Shown: positions 27,212 through 36,547 of the stretch, in pieces | Layout: each line of letters begins with the position of its first letter | How positions within the stretch are numbered: the first letter of the stretch is position 1 | Virus record (IMG/VR): IMGVR_UViG_3300007538_000027 | Coordinates: 1-61,011 of that record | Length of the DNA: 61,011 nucleotides | DNA from: a virus | Taxonomy: Duplodnaviria; Caudoviricetes | Reading direction: 5' to 3' (one strand) | Translations under genes and position numbers: made by a program | The notes under the pieces: model-generated | Database searches by the model: none | Told to the model about the DNA's origin: nothing | What the model saw: only the letters and a program-made list of their open reading frames with translations

Positions 27212-27820
27212 TTATTTAAAACTCAAACGGTTAATGCACCACCCTACATAGAAATTTTCGTTCTTACCATTGGCACCTCCATTCAAAGCACACTCTCGGT
27301 AGTGGTGTTGTTGACAACAGTTAAGGTTGTTGTATAACATCTTCTCTCCAGAGACACCACGTTTAGCTAAGAAAGCCTTGAGTGCCTTAATAGTATTGTT
27401 ACCTATGTAACCATCAGGTTTAATATCATCATAGTCCAACTCTCTACGATTACATAAGTTTAGTTCCTCTTGCAACCACCGACTTGGGTGCGTAGGATGG
27501 ACATTTACACCTGAGTCGAACAACTCCGCCGCTATCATCTTAGACTCTTTAGCCACAAGGTTAAACTTTGGTACCATATAATATTCGTAAGCGTACAGGT
27601 CTTGTGCGAACGCTAAGGGCATCGTTTTAATATCACCATTCCAATTATACAAGTGGAAATATTCTTTATACTTCAAAGTGGCTTTCTTAGTCACACCCCA
27701 TTTTGTCTCCCCACCAGAGTCATCAGGGTCATTGGTATACTTATCACTACCTTCATGTTTTATGGTGGTATCGATATAAGTCTGCACAAAAGGTAAAGAG
27801 TCTTTGTAGCTATTTAACAT
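27212..27820 (-). CDS. glycoside hydrolase family 108 endolysin with peptidoglycan-binding domain
   Basis: HEG..Y.NDPDDSGGETKWGVT; FDSGVN; DGYIGNNT; FYVGW..NR. Confidence 0.88.
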   Translation of the reverse strand: MLNSYKDSLPFVQTYIDTTIKHEGSDKYTNDPDDSGGETKWGVTKKATLKYKEYFHLYNWNGDIKTMPLAFAQDLYAYEYYMVPKFNLVAKESKMIAAELFDSGVNVHPTHPSRWLQEELNLCNRRELDYDDIKPDGYIGNNTIKALKAFLAKRGVSGEKMLYNNLNCCQQHHYRECALNGGANGKNENFYVGWCINRLSFK

Positions 27821-27824
27821 TAAG

Positions 27825-28523
27825 TTATTCTCCTTCTAAGTAGAATAGATCGTTGAAGTGGTACTCTTTACCTAGTAGTTCATCTGTTACGCTAGTGCCT
27901 ATAAACTGTTTCTTACCATAATATATACGTGTCCACATTGGATCTTCCAATAATCCGTCAACATTATAGAAACAATAAAATTTTGCAATGTGTCTGATTT
28001 GTTCTGGAGTATGTTTACTTAAATCAAACCAATCTCCTTTATTAAACTCAATATCACGACAAACCAACTCACTTTCATCTTCGTCATAAAGTTTAACTGG
28101 TGTGAACCATGAATGGTAGTATCCTGTCATCACCCCACTATCATTTAAGACTACGTGGCGGTGTTCACTATAGACACTCCCATTATAATCCTCTAATACT
28201 TCGTAAGTCTTGCCGTGTGTAAGATGTCCAGCTAAGCAACCAAGCATATCATCCTCTAAGTTTACCACCCATGATTCTGTGTAATGTGGTTCGCTATGTG
28301 GGATACCCAGTGTTGATGTGGTCATAGCATCGTACTGTTTCTTTGATATACAACCAACACCTAAACCTCTATTTGGTAAATATTTTAAAGTAGTACAAAA
28401 ATCATCAAACTCTTTATCATCAAGACCACTTACTATAAAGTTATTTTGGTGTTGTCCATCACACTTTCCCTCAGTACCTGCCATGAAATTGAAATGGTCT
28501 AGGAATTTATTAAAATTATTCAT
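27825..28523 (-). CDS. hypothetical protein
   Basis: AAGGAGG SD; promoter TTGCAC-17-TACACT upstream. Confidence 0.7.
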   Translation of the reverse strand: MNNFNKFLDHFNFMAGTEGKCDGQHQNNFIVSGLDDKEFDDFCTTLKYLPNRGLGVGCISKKQYDAMTTSTLGIPHSEPHYTESWVVNLEDDMLGCLAGHLTHGKTYEVLEDYNGSVYSEHRHVVLNDSGVMTGYYHSWFTPVKLYDEDESELVCRDIEFNKGDWFDLSKHTPEQIRHIAKFYCFYNVDGLLEDPMWTRIYYGKKQFIGTSVTDELLGKEYHFNDLFYLEGE

Positions 28524-28567
28524 ATTGTACCTCCTTTTTTAATTGTCAGCTTACAGTGTAGAACAAA

Positions 28568-28581
28568 GCACATCCTTGTGC
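28568..28581 (-). promoter_or_regulatory. CsrA/RsmA-type GGA hairpin (overlaps a promoter)
   Basis: GCACAAGGAUGUGC. Confidence 0.45.
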
Positions 28582-28590
28582 AAGTGTTAT

Positions 28591-29952
28591 TTAGAAAGAA
28601 TTATCATTTATAAATGACGTACAATCCCCTCTGTAGTTACCTGACGAACAGAATACTTGAGGTACTGTTTTATAACCCTCATTTAACAACCACTCACGTT
28701 TATCAGGATGTAAGATTACATCAACCTTATTATATTTGAGTCCTCTTTCATCTAGGAACTCCGTGAGTTTTTCACAATAAGGGCAATCTGGCTTAGAATA
28801 TACAGTTAAAATATCCTGCAGAGTAATAACTACATCCTCTTTGAACTCACTAAATATATCGTCAGAAAAATCTACATTAGACACATCCTTACTTACGGCA
28901 CTAACCATATAGTTTGTAGGGTCTGCTTCCATAGCTGCGTTCTGCTGACTGTTCAAATCCATCCAATCATTCTCGAACCAAGGTAAAGGGCAGGTAGTGG
29001 TCTTTCTGAATTTAGCTTGAAGTCCTAAAACATCAAATACTTCTTGAGCATTGTAACGCACCCAATCATTCAATATACCTTCATTCATACCTACAAGATT
29101 ACGACCAGAAGAGAATAAATATTTATTCCATGACAACTCTTGGTCTACAACCCCATGTATAATTGCACTAAGGTCTTCTTTGCAGCTATCAAAATATTTT
29201 TCCCAATAATTATCTTGCATCATAATATCTTGCAGTACGTACCTACCAGCTTCGTAGTGGATCATCTCATCCATTAAGATTTTCTGTACTAGTCTAGCAG
29301 CACCTACAAAATACTCTTGTTGTGCTAATGCGAAAGTGCAACTAAAACTAGCCATGAAGCTTATACGTTCCAATGCATAAATGGCAACTACACCTTTCAA
29401 TACATAAGGTCTGCACTCTTCTTCAGTTGCTAGTCCAAGTGTGTATTTAGCTCCATATTCTTTTAGTTCAGATAAAGCCTTTCCCACTACTGTACTTCTT
29501 TCCAGAACCTTGTTGTTCTCAAATACCATGTCAAATACTTCTTGCGGGTCTGAGATACATTGCCTAACAATATTGGAATAAGTATTAGAGTGAAGGTTTT
29601 CATTCTCCCCTATACGAGCCAGTAAGTGCCCATACTCACTGTTAGTTACAAATGGTGCTAGTAGTGTAGGTATGGAAGTAGCTATACTATCAAGACTCCA
29701 CTGGTACGCCAGATTCAATAACATCAAATCTCTTGTATTTTTGTCACAAGTAACTAAGTCCATTCTTGTATCGGTAAGGTCTACATCATTTTCTGACCAA
29801 TCTAGCTGTTTAAGCTTTTCCATTAATTCATACAAGTATGGGTATGGTTGATTAACACTATCATATAAACTTGGTTCTTCCCCAAAAAACAAAGGGTAGT
29901 TGCCAGATTTGTGAGATGTAGACTTTTCATTAAAAACTGTAATATTTGTCAA
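28591..29952 (-). CDS. nrdB: class Ia ribonucleotide reductase beta subunit fused to C-terminal glutaredoxin
   Basis: LDS, ENENLHSNTY (radical Tyr), LERISF, DEMIH; C-terminal VYSKPDCPYC...TVPQVF. Confidence 0.92.
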   Translation of the reverse strand: MTNITVFNEKSTSHKSGNYPLFFGEEPSLYDSVNQPYPYLYELMEKLKQLDWSENDVDLTDTRMDLVTCDKNTRDLMLLNLAYQWSLDSIATSIPTLLAPFVTNSEYGHLLARIGENENLHSNTYSNIVRQCISDPQEVFDMVFENNKVLERSTVVGKALSELKEYGAKYTLGLATEEECRPYVLKGVVAIYALERISFMASFSCTFALAQQEYFVGAARLVQKILMDEMIHYEAGRYVLQDIMMQDNYWEKYFDSCKEDLSAIIHGVVDQELSWNKYLFSSGRNLVGMNEGILNDWVRYNAQEVFDVLGLQAKFRKTTTCPLPWFENDWMDLNSQQNAAMEADPTNYMVSAVSKDVSNVDFSDDIFSEFKEDVVITLQDILTVYSKPDCPYCEKLTEFLDERGLKYNKVDVILHPDKREWLLNEGYKTVPQVFCSSGNYRGDCTSFINDNSF

Positions 29953-29970
29953 CTATTTTCTCCTATATAA

Positions 29971-29984
29971 CCACATCCTTGTGG
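29971..29984 (-). promoter_or_regulatory. CsrA/RsmA-type GGA hairpin upstream of nrdB SD
   Basis: CCACAAGGAUGUGG about 7 nt 5' of AGGAGA. Confidence 0.55.
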
Positions 29985-29996
29985 AGTAAAATTTAA

Positions 29997-30979
29997 TTAC
30001 AAGGTACAACCACCCCCACCACATCCTACATCTTGCACTTCCTCTATTTTCTTAGAGTTGCCAGAGTTTGTTTTACTGTTAACGTAGTATCTAGTCTTCA
30101 TTCCCATAGTTATCATATACATCCAATTCTGCAATAGCATGTCTCCCGTGATAACTCCTTTGGTAAAATCTAAGTACTCATCGGCAGAAATAGTTTGGTC
30201 TGTAAAGCATTGAAAACATGCATACACATCAATCATATCTTTAGTTGGAATGTCATAAGCTAACTCATAGTACTCTGCATGTGTGTCTGCATTTGGGGCT
30301 AAGAACCGTGTTTTCTTCTTCCCATTAGTCTTAACCACCTTAATACTTCTAGCAGGTAAGATGCTGTTAGTGCCATTGGTTGCAATCGAGCTACTTTCGT
30401 TGGGCATAAAATTAGTGGTGACACTAAAGCGCACACCGTATTCCATAACTTCTTTTCGTAACCCTTCCCAGTCTTTGGTCAACCTTTGTTTTACTACTTT
30501 GAACACATTCTTGTTCATTGTATCTACAGGTAACCAACCTTCTCTCCACTTTGTCTTATGTACCCATTCACATTGTCCACGTTCTTTAGCTAGACGTACA
30601 GAAGCTTTAATCATAGAGTATGAATGTAACTCTGCCAAGCGGTGGATAAATTGTTTACCCTCAAGGGAAGAGTATTTAAGTTTCTTCTCTGCCATCAAAC
30701 CAGCCAAATCTGTAATACCTACACCGATATTTCGTCTAGCTTGTGCTGTATATTTCAATGAAGGGAAAGGATAGTCCATAATTTCCATGACATTATCAAT
30801 GCTTAGTGCTGCGTAATAAGCTACATCTTCCCACTCATCCTCTTTTACCCTACGTGCCACAATAGCGGATAAACTACATAATCCAATCTCTGGTATACTG
30901 CCATCTTTATTTACAGGCTGTTCTTCATTTAACTGGTATACATTATCAAACCCTACAGTAGGGAATGCTGTTTCCTGAC
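29997..30979 (-). CDS. nrdA: ribonucleotide reductase alpha subunit, exon 2
   Basis: begins GT CAG GAA; contains IGLCSL, RRNIGVG, MPNESSS, DQTIS, KTRYY and C-terminal CGGGGC. Confidence 0.9.
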
Positions 30980-31226
30980 CATTTTATCTTAATTTTCATT
31001 AAGGGTGGATCATATCATCTTCCGTTCTGGAAGTCGGACGCTTTTTCATTTAGTGACTAAACTAAACTACTTCCTGTTATTAAGCTTATTCGCATAAGCT
31101 CAGGTGATCTCTGAACCTTCCTACTCTGTAGGCTTGGCTGCTGATTGCCATCATCATTACATGTTAAGGTTTCCAGCAATTCATCCAATTTTCAACTTAC
31201 GTTCCCATAAGAGGCTGCATCAGTTT
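30980..31226 (-). mobile_element. group I self-splicing intron (247 nt, no ORF) in nrdA
   Basis: 5' exon ends in U, intron ends in G; P AAUUGCUGGAAA, Q AAUCAGCAG, R GUUCAGAGAUCA, S GAUGAUAUGAUCC; P1 CUGU/GCAG, P10 CUGAU/GUCAG; removal restores SNLCQE. Confidence 0.92.
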
Positions 31227-32502
31227 ACAGGTTAGAACTATAAATCTTATCTTTGTGTGGAGTATGGCGGTTTAATTCATCTGTTCTATGCAGATAAACC
31301 TGACCAGACTCTTGTCCTTGTACTAAGGCTTCAATTGCCAGCTTACGTGCATTAATATACTTACGTGGTTTAATTGACTTCTCATACTCTTCATATAGGT
31401 TATCAAAATTAGTCTGGTCTCCTTCGTACATAGCTTCGTATAATTCAGGTGAGTCCGCATAACTAACTAACATCCAATCTCTATTCTGATACACTTTCTT
31501 AGCGAATAGTCTATTGCTACCAAAAGAGTAATGAATACCATCGACCCTTACTTTAGTTGCAGTCTTCTTGCTCTTCCAAGTAAGAATATCCATTACCTCT
31601 GGGTCAAGACAGTTAAGATGCATAGTGGCACTACCACCGCGGGAATTCTGTAGATTAGCTGCCACAGCACTCTCAGTCATCTTGTAGTAAGGTCTCTTTC
31701 CCTGATGTATTGTAGTACCACCACGAACACCATCTCCCTTACTGCGTGTCTTTAAGTGAGAACCAATACCAGCACTTGCGCAGGTTAACATATATGCTAT
31801 GTGGTCTCCCGCAGCCAATGAGTCAGCCGTATCATGTGTGGTGAACGTAGCACAACTGGCGAATGATCGGCTCGGTGTGCGAAGATTAGTCATAAATGGA
31901 GTTGGTGCACAAATCTTCTTATCGCTTAAGTAGTGGTAATACTTAATAACATCCGTCATTCGTCTATCTAATGGCATATTCTTCATGTTAGCCATTGCCA
32001 TCCCCATATACATAAACTGAGGGGACTCTAAGGCAATATTCTTAATACGATTACGCAAAACGTACTTATCACTAATTTGTTTTATTTCTGGGTAAGAAGA
32101 CTTCAAGTCTTTAGAATGATCTATTACTTCTTGTAGTTTCTCAAAATCTTCTTCGCTATAAGGTAACTTCTCCCAATAGCCTTGACCTTCCATATTATCA
32201 TGATGTTGTTTTAGTGTAGGAATCTTTTTGAAACCACCGAAAGCTTCTTTGTATAAATTACCTGCAAGCACTCTACCAGCTAACATGAAATGTTTTTCAT
32301 CGAACTCTTCCACACAAGCATCAATAATAGCTTTATCTATATCTCTGGTAGTACATTTATCGCTTAATAACTTCAATGCTTTAAAAGATATATCAGACCA
32401 ATTCACTTTACGGGCTGCTGCCCATCTCATCTTCTTATTAAATTTCTCTGCGTCAAAGGGAACACTAGTTCCATCACTTTTAATTACAGTGGTAATACTC
32501 AA
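31227..32502 (-). CDS. nrdA: ribonucleotide reductase alpha subunit, exon 1 (spliced product 752 aa)
   Basis: N-terminal ATP cone, ESPQFMY, PTPFM, ASC, RGGSA; ends SSNL immediately before the catalytic Cys. Confidence 0.92.
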
Positions 32503-32522
32503 TTAATATCTCCTTTATTACT

Positions 32523-32765
32523 CTATACACTTTCCGTATCAAACTCTGACCAAGTATGCTCGAACCCACTCTGGTCCCACATAGCATCTCCAATATGTTC
32601 ATTCTGCATTTTAAGTCGCCACTCTGTGCCTTTGTACCCAAGTAGTTGGTAGATTTCCATGTCAGAAGTATCCTGCCACTTCTCTTCGGCAATACCTAAT
32701 TCTTGTGTGAAACTACCCTCATATTCAATTGGCACTGCTGGCTTTCTATTCTCTACATAAATCAA
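32523..32765 (-). CDS. hypothetical protein
   Basis: GAGGTG SD. Confidence 0.55.
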   Translation of the reverse strand: MIYVENRKPAVPIEYEGSFTQELGIAEEKWQDTSDMEIYQLLGYKGTEWRLKMQNEHIGDAMWDQSGFEHTWSEFDTESV

Positions 32766-32852
32766 ATTACACCTCTTCTTTTACAGTTGAATAGTTATTA
32801 TAGTAGATTACCTCTCCCTAAGCAACCTACTATTCGCGCTAATTTGTGGAAT

Positions 32853-33437
32853 CTAAATCCAACAGATTGTTGGTTCTCCTTCATAGCCAGTTTGAAATTC
32901 TAGCCAGCAATAGGCTGTAGCATTAGGTGACTGTTCGTAGTCCTCTCCTTTTGGACAACTAACCCGTTTGCCAAACACATATACTTTCTTTAGAGGCCAT
33001 TCCTTACTCTTAAATTTATTTGCACGTTTAATACTCTCCAAGGTATTAAGCCTATTGAATATAAATAGATTGTCACACCATAACAAACTCTGATTAATAA
33101 ACTCATATGTAAGTGTGAAAGGTGGGTTAAATACCATCACATGATTTAAGTCAAATTTTCTCGGTTCCATCTCTAAGAAATTACCATAAGTAACGCCATC
33201 TAAGTGAATCGCGTAATCATCCCCGTAGTTTACCAAATCCATGCCGTACACTTGCTTACCTTTATCTTTGAAGAATCTAGTAATATCACCTAAGCCAAAG
33301 CTATTGTCAACCACTGTAGTTGCACGTTTAAGTACATGTGGTGCGTTATCCCATAACAACTGCAAAGACTCCTTAGAAGTGGTATACAGGTCGTTTCTAT
33401 GTGCATCTTTGTTACGTTTAGTATTTGCAGTTGCCAA
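32853..33437 (-). CDS. amino (N6-adenine) DNA methyltransferase
   Basis: NDLYTT, DNSFGLG (SAM motif variant), NPPF. Confidence 0.75.
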   Translation of the reverse strand: MATANTKRNKDAHRNDLYTTSKESLQLLWDNAPHVLKRATTVVDNSFGLGDITRFFKDKGKQVYGMDLVNYGDDYAIHLDGVTYGNFLEMEPRKFDLNHVMVFNPPFTLTYEFINQSLLWCDNLFIFNRLNTLESIKRANKFKSKEWPLKKVYVFGKRVSCPKGEDYEQSPNATAYCWLEFQTGYEGEPTICWI

Positions 33438-33450
33438 GTATTACTCCTCC

Positions 33451-33945
33451 TTACGGTCTTACAATATTTCGAATTGGCTTATTTGGGTCAACACGTTTAT
33501 CTAGTGCAGCCATACCATCATCGTAGAATTTCTTATTACCGATAGTAGAGATATTCTCCATCAATGTCTTATCCATACCAGATAATGTCAATACTTCATT
33601 CTCAATATATACACGTTCCATGAAATGTGACTTTACCTTGCTGAATACAATACACCCATCTTCATCTACATGCAATACTTCTTTGCGAACCTTACCATTG
33701 TATATTATTGATGGGTAAGTTAAATATGGACGGTCTTTATCTCGAATACGTACACCTTCATAAACTGCATAACCCCCACCATTAATATCCACTTGGAAAC
33801 CTAACATGAATAACACCCTAGGTGTAATAGGTTTACCATTTGACATTAGTTGTTCTGGCATTAAAGTTGCAACGTAATTAACTACATCAATACTTACTGA
33901 ACATGGTAAAGCACATTTATCTTTCATATTTTTAAAATAACTCAA
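33451..33945 (-). CDS. hypothetical protein
   Basis: AGGAG SD. Confidence 0.65.
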   Translation of the reverse strand: MSYFKNMKDKCALPCSVSIDVVNYVATLMPEQLMSNGKPITPRVLFMLGFQVDINGGGYAVYEGVRIRDKDRPYLTYPSIIYNGKVRKEVLHVDEDGCIVFSKVKSHFMERVYIENEVLTLSGMDKTLMENISTIGNKKFYDDGMAALDKRVDPNKPIRNIVRP

Positions 33946-33971
33946 TATTGTTTCTCCTGATTTTATTATAA

Positions 33972-34484
33972 TTATTTACGTTTCCAAACTGTCACACTTG
34001 TAGTGGTACCCAGTTTGGTTAAATTATCAAAGTACCAATCTTTTTCATTAGCCCACAAGAAACTCATATCAAAATAAGTATCAGCCTCTGGGAAATCTTC
34101 ATTTACCAATGTCCAGTGAATTTCATCTATATATGGAAGTAATTGTTGGTAGATAGAAGACCCTCCAATAACCCATGCATCTAAGTGGCTGAAAATACTC
34201 TTACCACTTAAAATAGACTTAACCAGACTATCCATACTTACTTTATATGAACCATCATCCTGTTCACCATTACCTTTAGAGGATACTACATAATTAATTC
34301 TATTAGGTAGTACTTTACGTTTATTAGGTAAGCTGTCTTGGGTCTTACGTCCCATCACAACAATGTGGTTAGAAGTCTGATCTTGAAAGTAAGTCATATC
34401 CTCTTTGATATAACCCCAAGGGAGTTTACCATCCTGCCCAATTTCAAAATTAGCACCAGTGGCGATAATCATCTTTATAGTCAT
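33972..34484 (-). CDS. folA: dihydrofolate reductase
   Basis: IGQDGKLPW...EDM.YF...VVMGRKT.DSLP...LPNR.N...IGGSSIY...ADTYF. Confidence 0.95.
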   Translation of the reverse strand: MTIKMIIATGANFEIGQDGKLPWGYIKEDMTYFQDQTSNHIVVMGRKTQDSLPNKRKVLPNRINYVVSSKGNGEQDDGSYKVSMDSLVKSILSGKSIFSHLDAWVIGGSSIYQQLLPYIDEIHWTLVNEDFPEADTYFDMSFLWANEKDWYFDNLTKLGTTTSVTVWKRK

Positions 34485-34493
34485 ACTAACTCC

Positions 34494-35333
34494 TTAGGCC
34501 ACTAAATCAAAGTCAATCTTACCTTGAGGTTTATACCCTGTCAAGGTGAAATAGTCTCTTGCATGAATATCTTCTACAACTAAGTCACTAAAACTACTAA
34601 CCCAATCTTCAACTTTAAACTCTACATCTAGTTTATCAGGGGTACGACTTAACTGTTCTTTAACCCCATCAATATGGGAATCATAAATATGTGCATTAAT
34701 AATATTATGTTTAATTCTCCCCATTTTTAAACCTGTTATGTGACATATCATCTTCAGTATAATCCAGCATTGTAATGAGTTAAAGTTACCACCAAGCCCA
34801 TAATCTAAACTTCTACTCTCTGAACACATATGTAATGTTCTGTCTAATATAGTGAATGAGTGTTTATACATGCATGGTGTGATACATCCATACTGGAACT
34901 TCTCAGGTCTCCAGAAGTTAATCATCATGCGCCTATCATCAATACCCGACATTAGCTTGGTGAATAAATCCCATAATTCCCAATCCTCAAGAGCTGCTCC
35001 ATAAACAAGACCTAAGTGGTTTTCTCCCTTACGGTGTGGGTTGTTAATCCAATCTTTGGTTTCGTTTGCGTTGCAATACCAACTTCGAGTACCAATCTTA
35101 TCAAACTGGTCAGCCCATTCATATCTACGAAGGTAACCCAACATCTCTGCCCAAGCTGATACGGGGAAACTCTTCTTAGTAGATAATAGAGGAATTTCTT
35201 CAGGTTCGTACCACAATGTGTGTTCTGGTATAGTCAAGCAACGTCTACCTGTTCGTACATTATCAACCCATACACCTTCAGTTAGGATACGTTGACCCAG
35301 CTCAAGGTATTGTTGCTCATAGTTTACTGACAA
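34494..35333 (-). CDS. thyA: thymidylate synthase
   Basis: RTG, LG.VYG, PC (catalytic), RS.D..LG.NFN, NAHIY. Confidence 0.93.
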   Translation of the reverse strand: MSVNYEQQYLELGQRILTEGVWVDNVRTGRRCLTIPEHTLWYEPEEIPLLSTKKSFPVSAWAEMLGYLRRYEWADQFDKIGTRSWYCNANETKDWINNPHRKGENHLGLVYGAALEDWELWDLFTKLMSGIDDRRMMINFWRPEKFQYGCITPCMYKHSFTILDRTLHMCSESRSLDYGLGGNFNSLQCWIILKMICHITGLKMGRIKHNIINAHIYDSHIDGVKEQLSRTPDKLDVEFKVEDWVSSFSDLVVEDIHARDYFTLTGYKPQGKIDFDLVA

Positions 35334-35345
35334 TACAACCTCCTT

Positions 35346-35828
35346 TTATAAACCTTGAGCTTTTGCCAATTCTTCTTGTGCTTCCTTTAACTTCTGCTGT
35401 GCTGCAGCCATTAGTTTGTCCTTTTCTGATACAGGAGGTTTTACTCGGTAGATGTCTCCACTGTACCATTTTGGATTTGGACATCCTTCATAGACCATAT
35501 TATATTGGTCAAGGTACTCAATACTATCACCATCTACCCAAGCACCTAGTAAATCCTTTTTAGTATGATTATCTAATTCTCCAAAGGTAAGTGTTAGTTT
35601 AGTAAGACTCTGACCATCTTCTACCAATTCAAAATACTGCGCCTCTTTATGTGTAATTGGACATAACTCTCCTAGCCAACCATTATTTGATGTATCTACT
35701 TTATCTAACTTAATAACGCCATTTTCAACACAGTCCTCATAGATTCCAGCATTTTGGTGGTGGCTAACAAAGTACCTCTCTTTATCAACCAATCTATAAC
35801 TTTTACCTTCTTCTAATTTAGTTACCAT
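35346..35828 (-). CDS. hypothetical protein (shares a domain with 45269..45775)
   Basis: LGAWVDG..IEY...W....IYRVK motif. Confidence 0.7.
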   Translation of the reverse strand: MVTKLEEGKSYRLVDKERYFVSHHQNAGIYEDCVENGVIKLDKVDTSNNGWLGELCPITHKEAQYFELVEDGQSLTKLTLTFGELDNHTKKDLLGAWVDGDSIEYLDQYNMVYEGCPNPKWYSGDIYRVKPPVSEKDKLMAAAQQKLKEAQEELAKAQGL

Positions 35829-36006
35829 ACCACTTCTCCTCTAGATATAAAACCCATTAACAATATTAATCAGCTTAAATATAGCCCAACCAATACCACT
35901 CATCATAACCATTAAAATTTGTGACTTGAATTCTTTAACCGACATCTCTTTGTTAGTTGCAACACAGATTATCATAAATATAAAGAATGTCAACATTACT
36001 TGGATA

Positions 36007-36345
36007 TCAATCGACATTATTTATTCCTTGTGCAAGTTGTAGTCCACAGTAAACTTTTAAGTCTCCCTTCAAACGAAAATCTTCCATGTAGGATTTCAAT
36101 TCTGCCAGTAATTTAGGATCGGTATCTACTGGCATTGTTAAGACTTCATCGAATACGTTAAGTGCTTCGCACAATTCAAGTAGGATTAGTGTGATGTCTT
36201 TATCCTCAATTTCAATAATGTTACCGTTGATGTTCCCTAGTACAGAAGTATTATCTGTCAAGTTAGATTCAATGTCAACAACCTTTTGATATGAGTTGTA
36301 TTTATTTAATAGTGATGTAACGAAGTTACGTGTTTCTAAGTTCAT
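36007..36345 (-). CDS. hypothetical protein
   Basis: operon context. Confidence 0.65.
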   Translation of the reverse strand: MNLETRNFVTSLLNKYNSYQKVVDIESNLTDNTSVLGNINGNIIEIEDKDITLILLELCEALNVFDEVLTMPVDTDPKLLAELKSYMEDFRLKGDLKVYCGLQLAQGINNVD

Positions 36346-36351
36346 ATAGTC

Positions 36352-36543
36352 TTACTCCTCTACAATGACTGCACCAATATCTAAAAATTCATTAGCCCAC
36401 TCATGTGCATACTCCTGAATGTCACGCTCAGTAAGAGCATCACAATCATCTTGTGAAAACCCCCAATCTTCAATTAAGTCAATAATCTCTTTGCGACAAG
36501 AGTGTATATTATTTCCGTTGTCACACCATACTTCAATTTTCAT
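36352..36543 (-). CDS. small acidic hypothetical protein
   Basis: operon context. Confidence 0.65.
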   Translation of the reverse strand: MKIEVWCDNGNNIHSCRKEIIDLIEDWGFSQDDCDALTERDIQEYAHEWANEFLDIGAVIVEE

Positions 36544-36547
36544 TTTA

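Noticed and set aside
29997-32502. nrdA as two independent genes, a pseudogene or an intein-split gene
   Set aside because: The intervening 247 nt has full group I intron hallmarks and precise removal restores the frame and catalytic motif.
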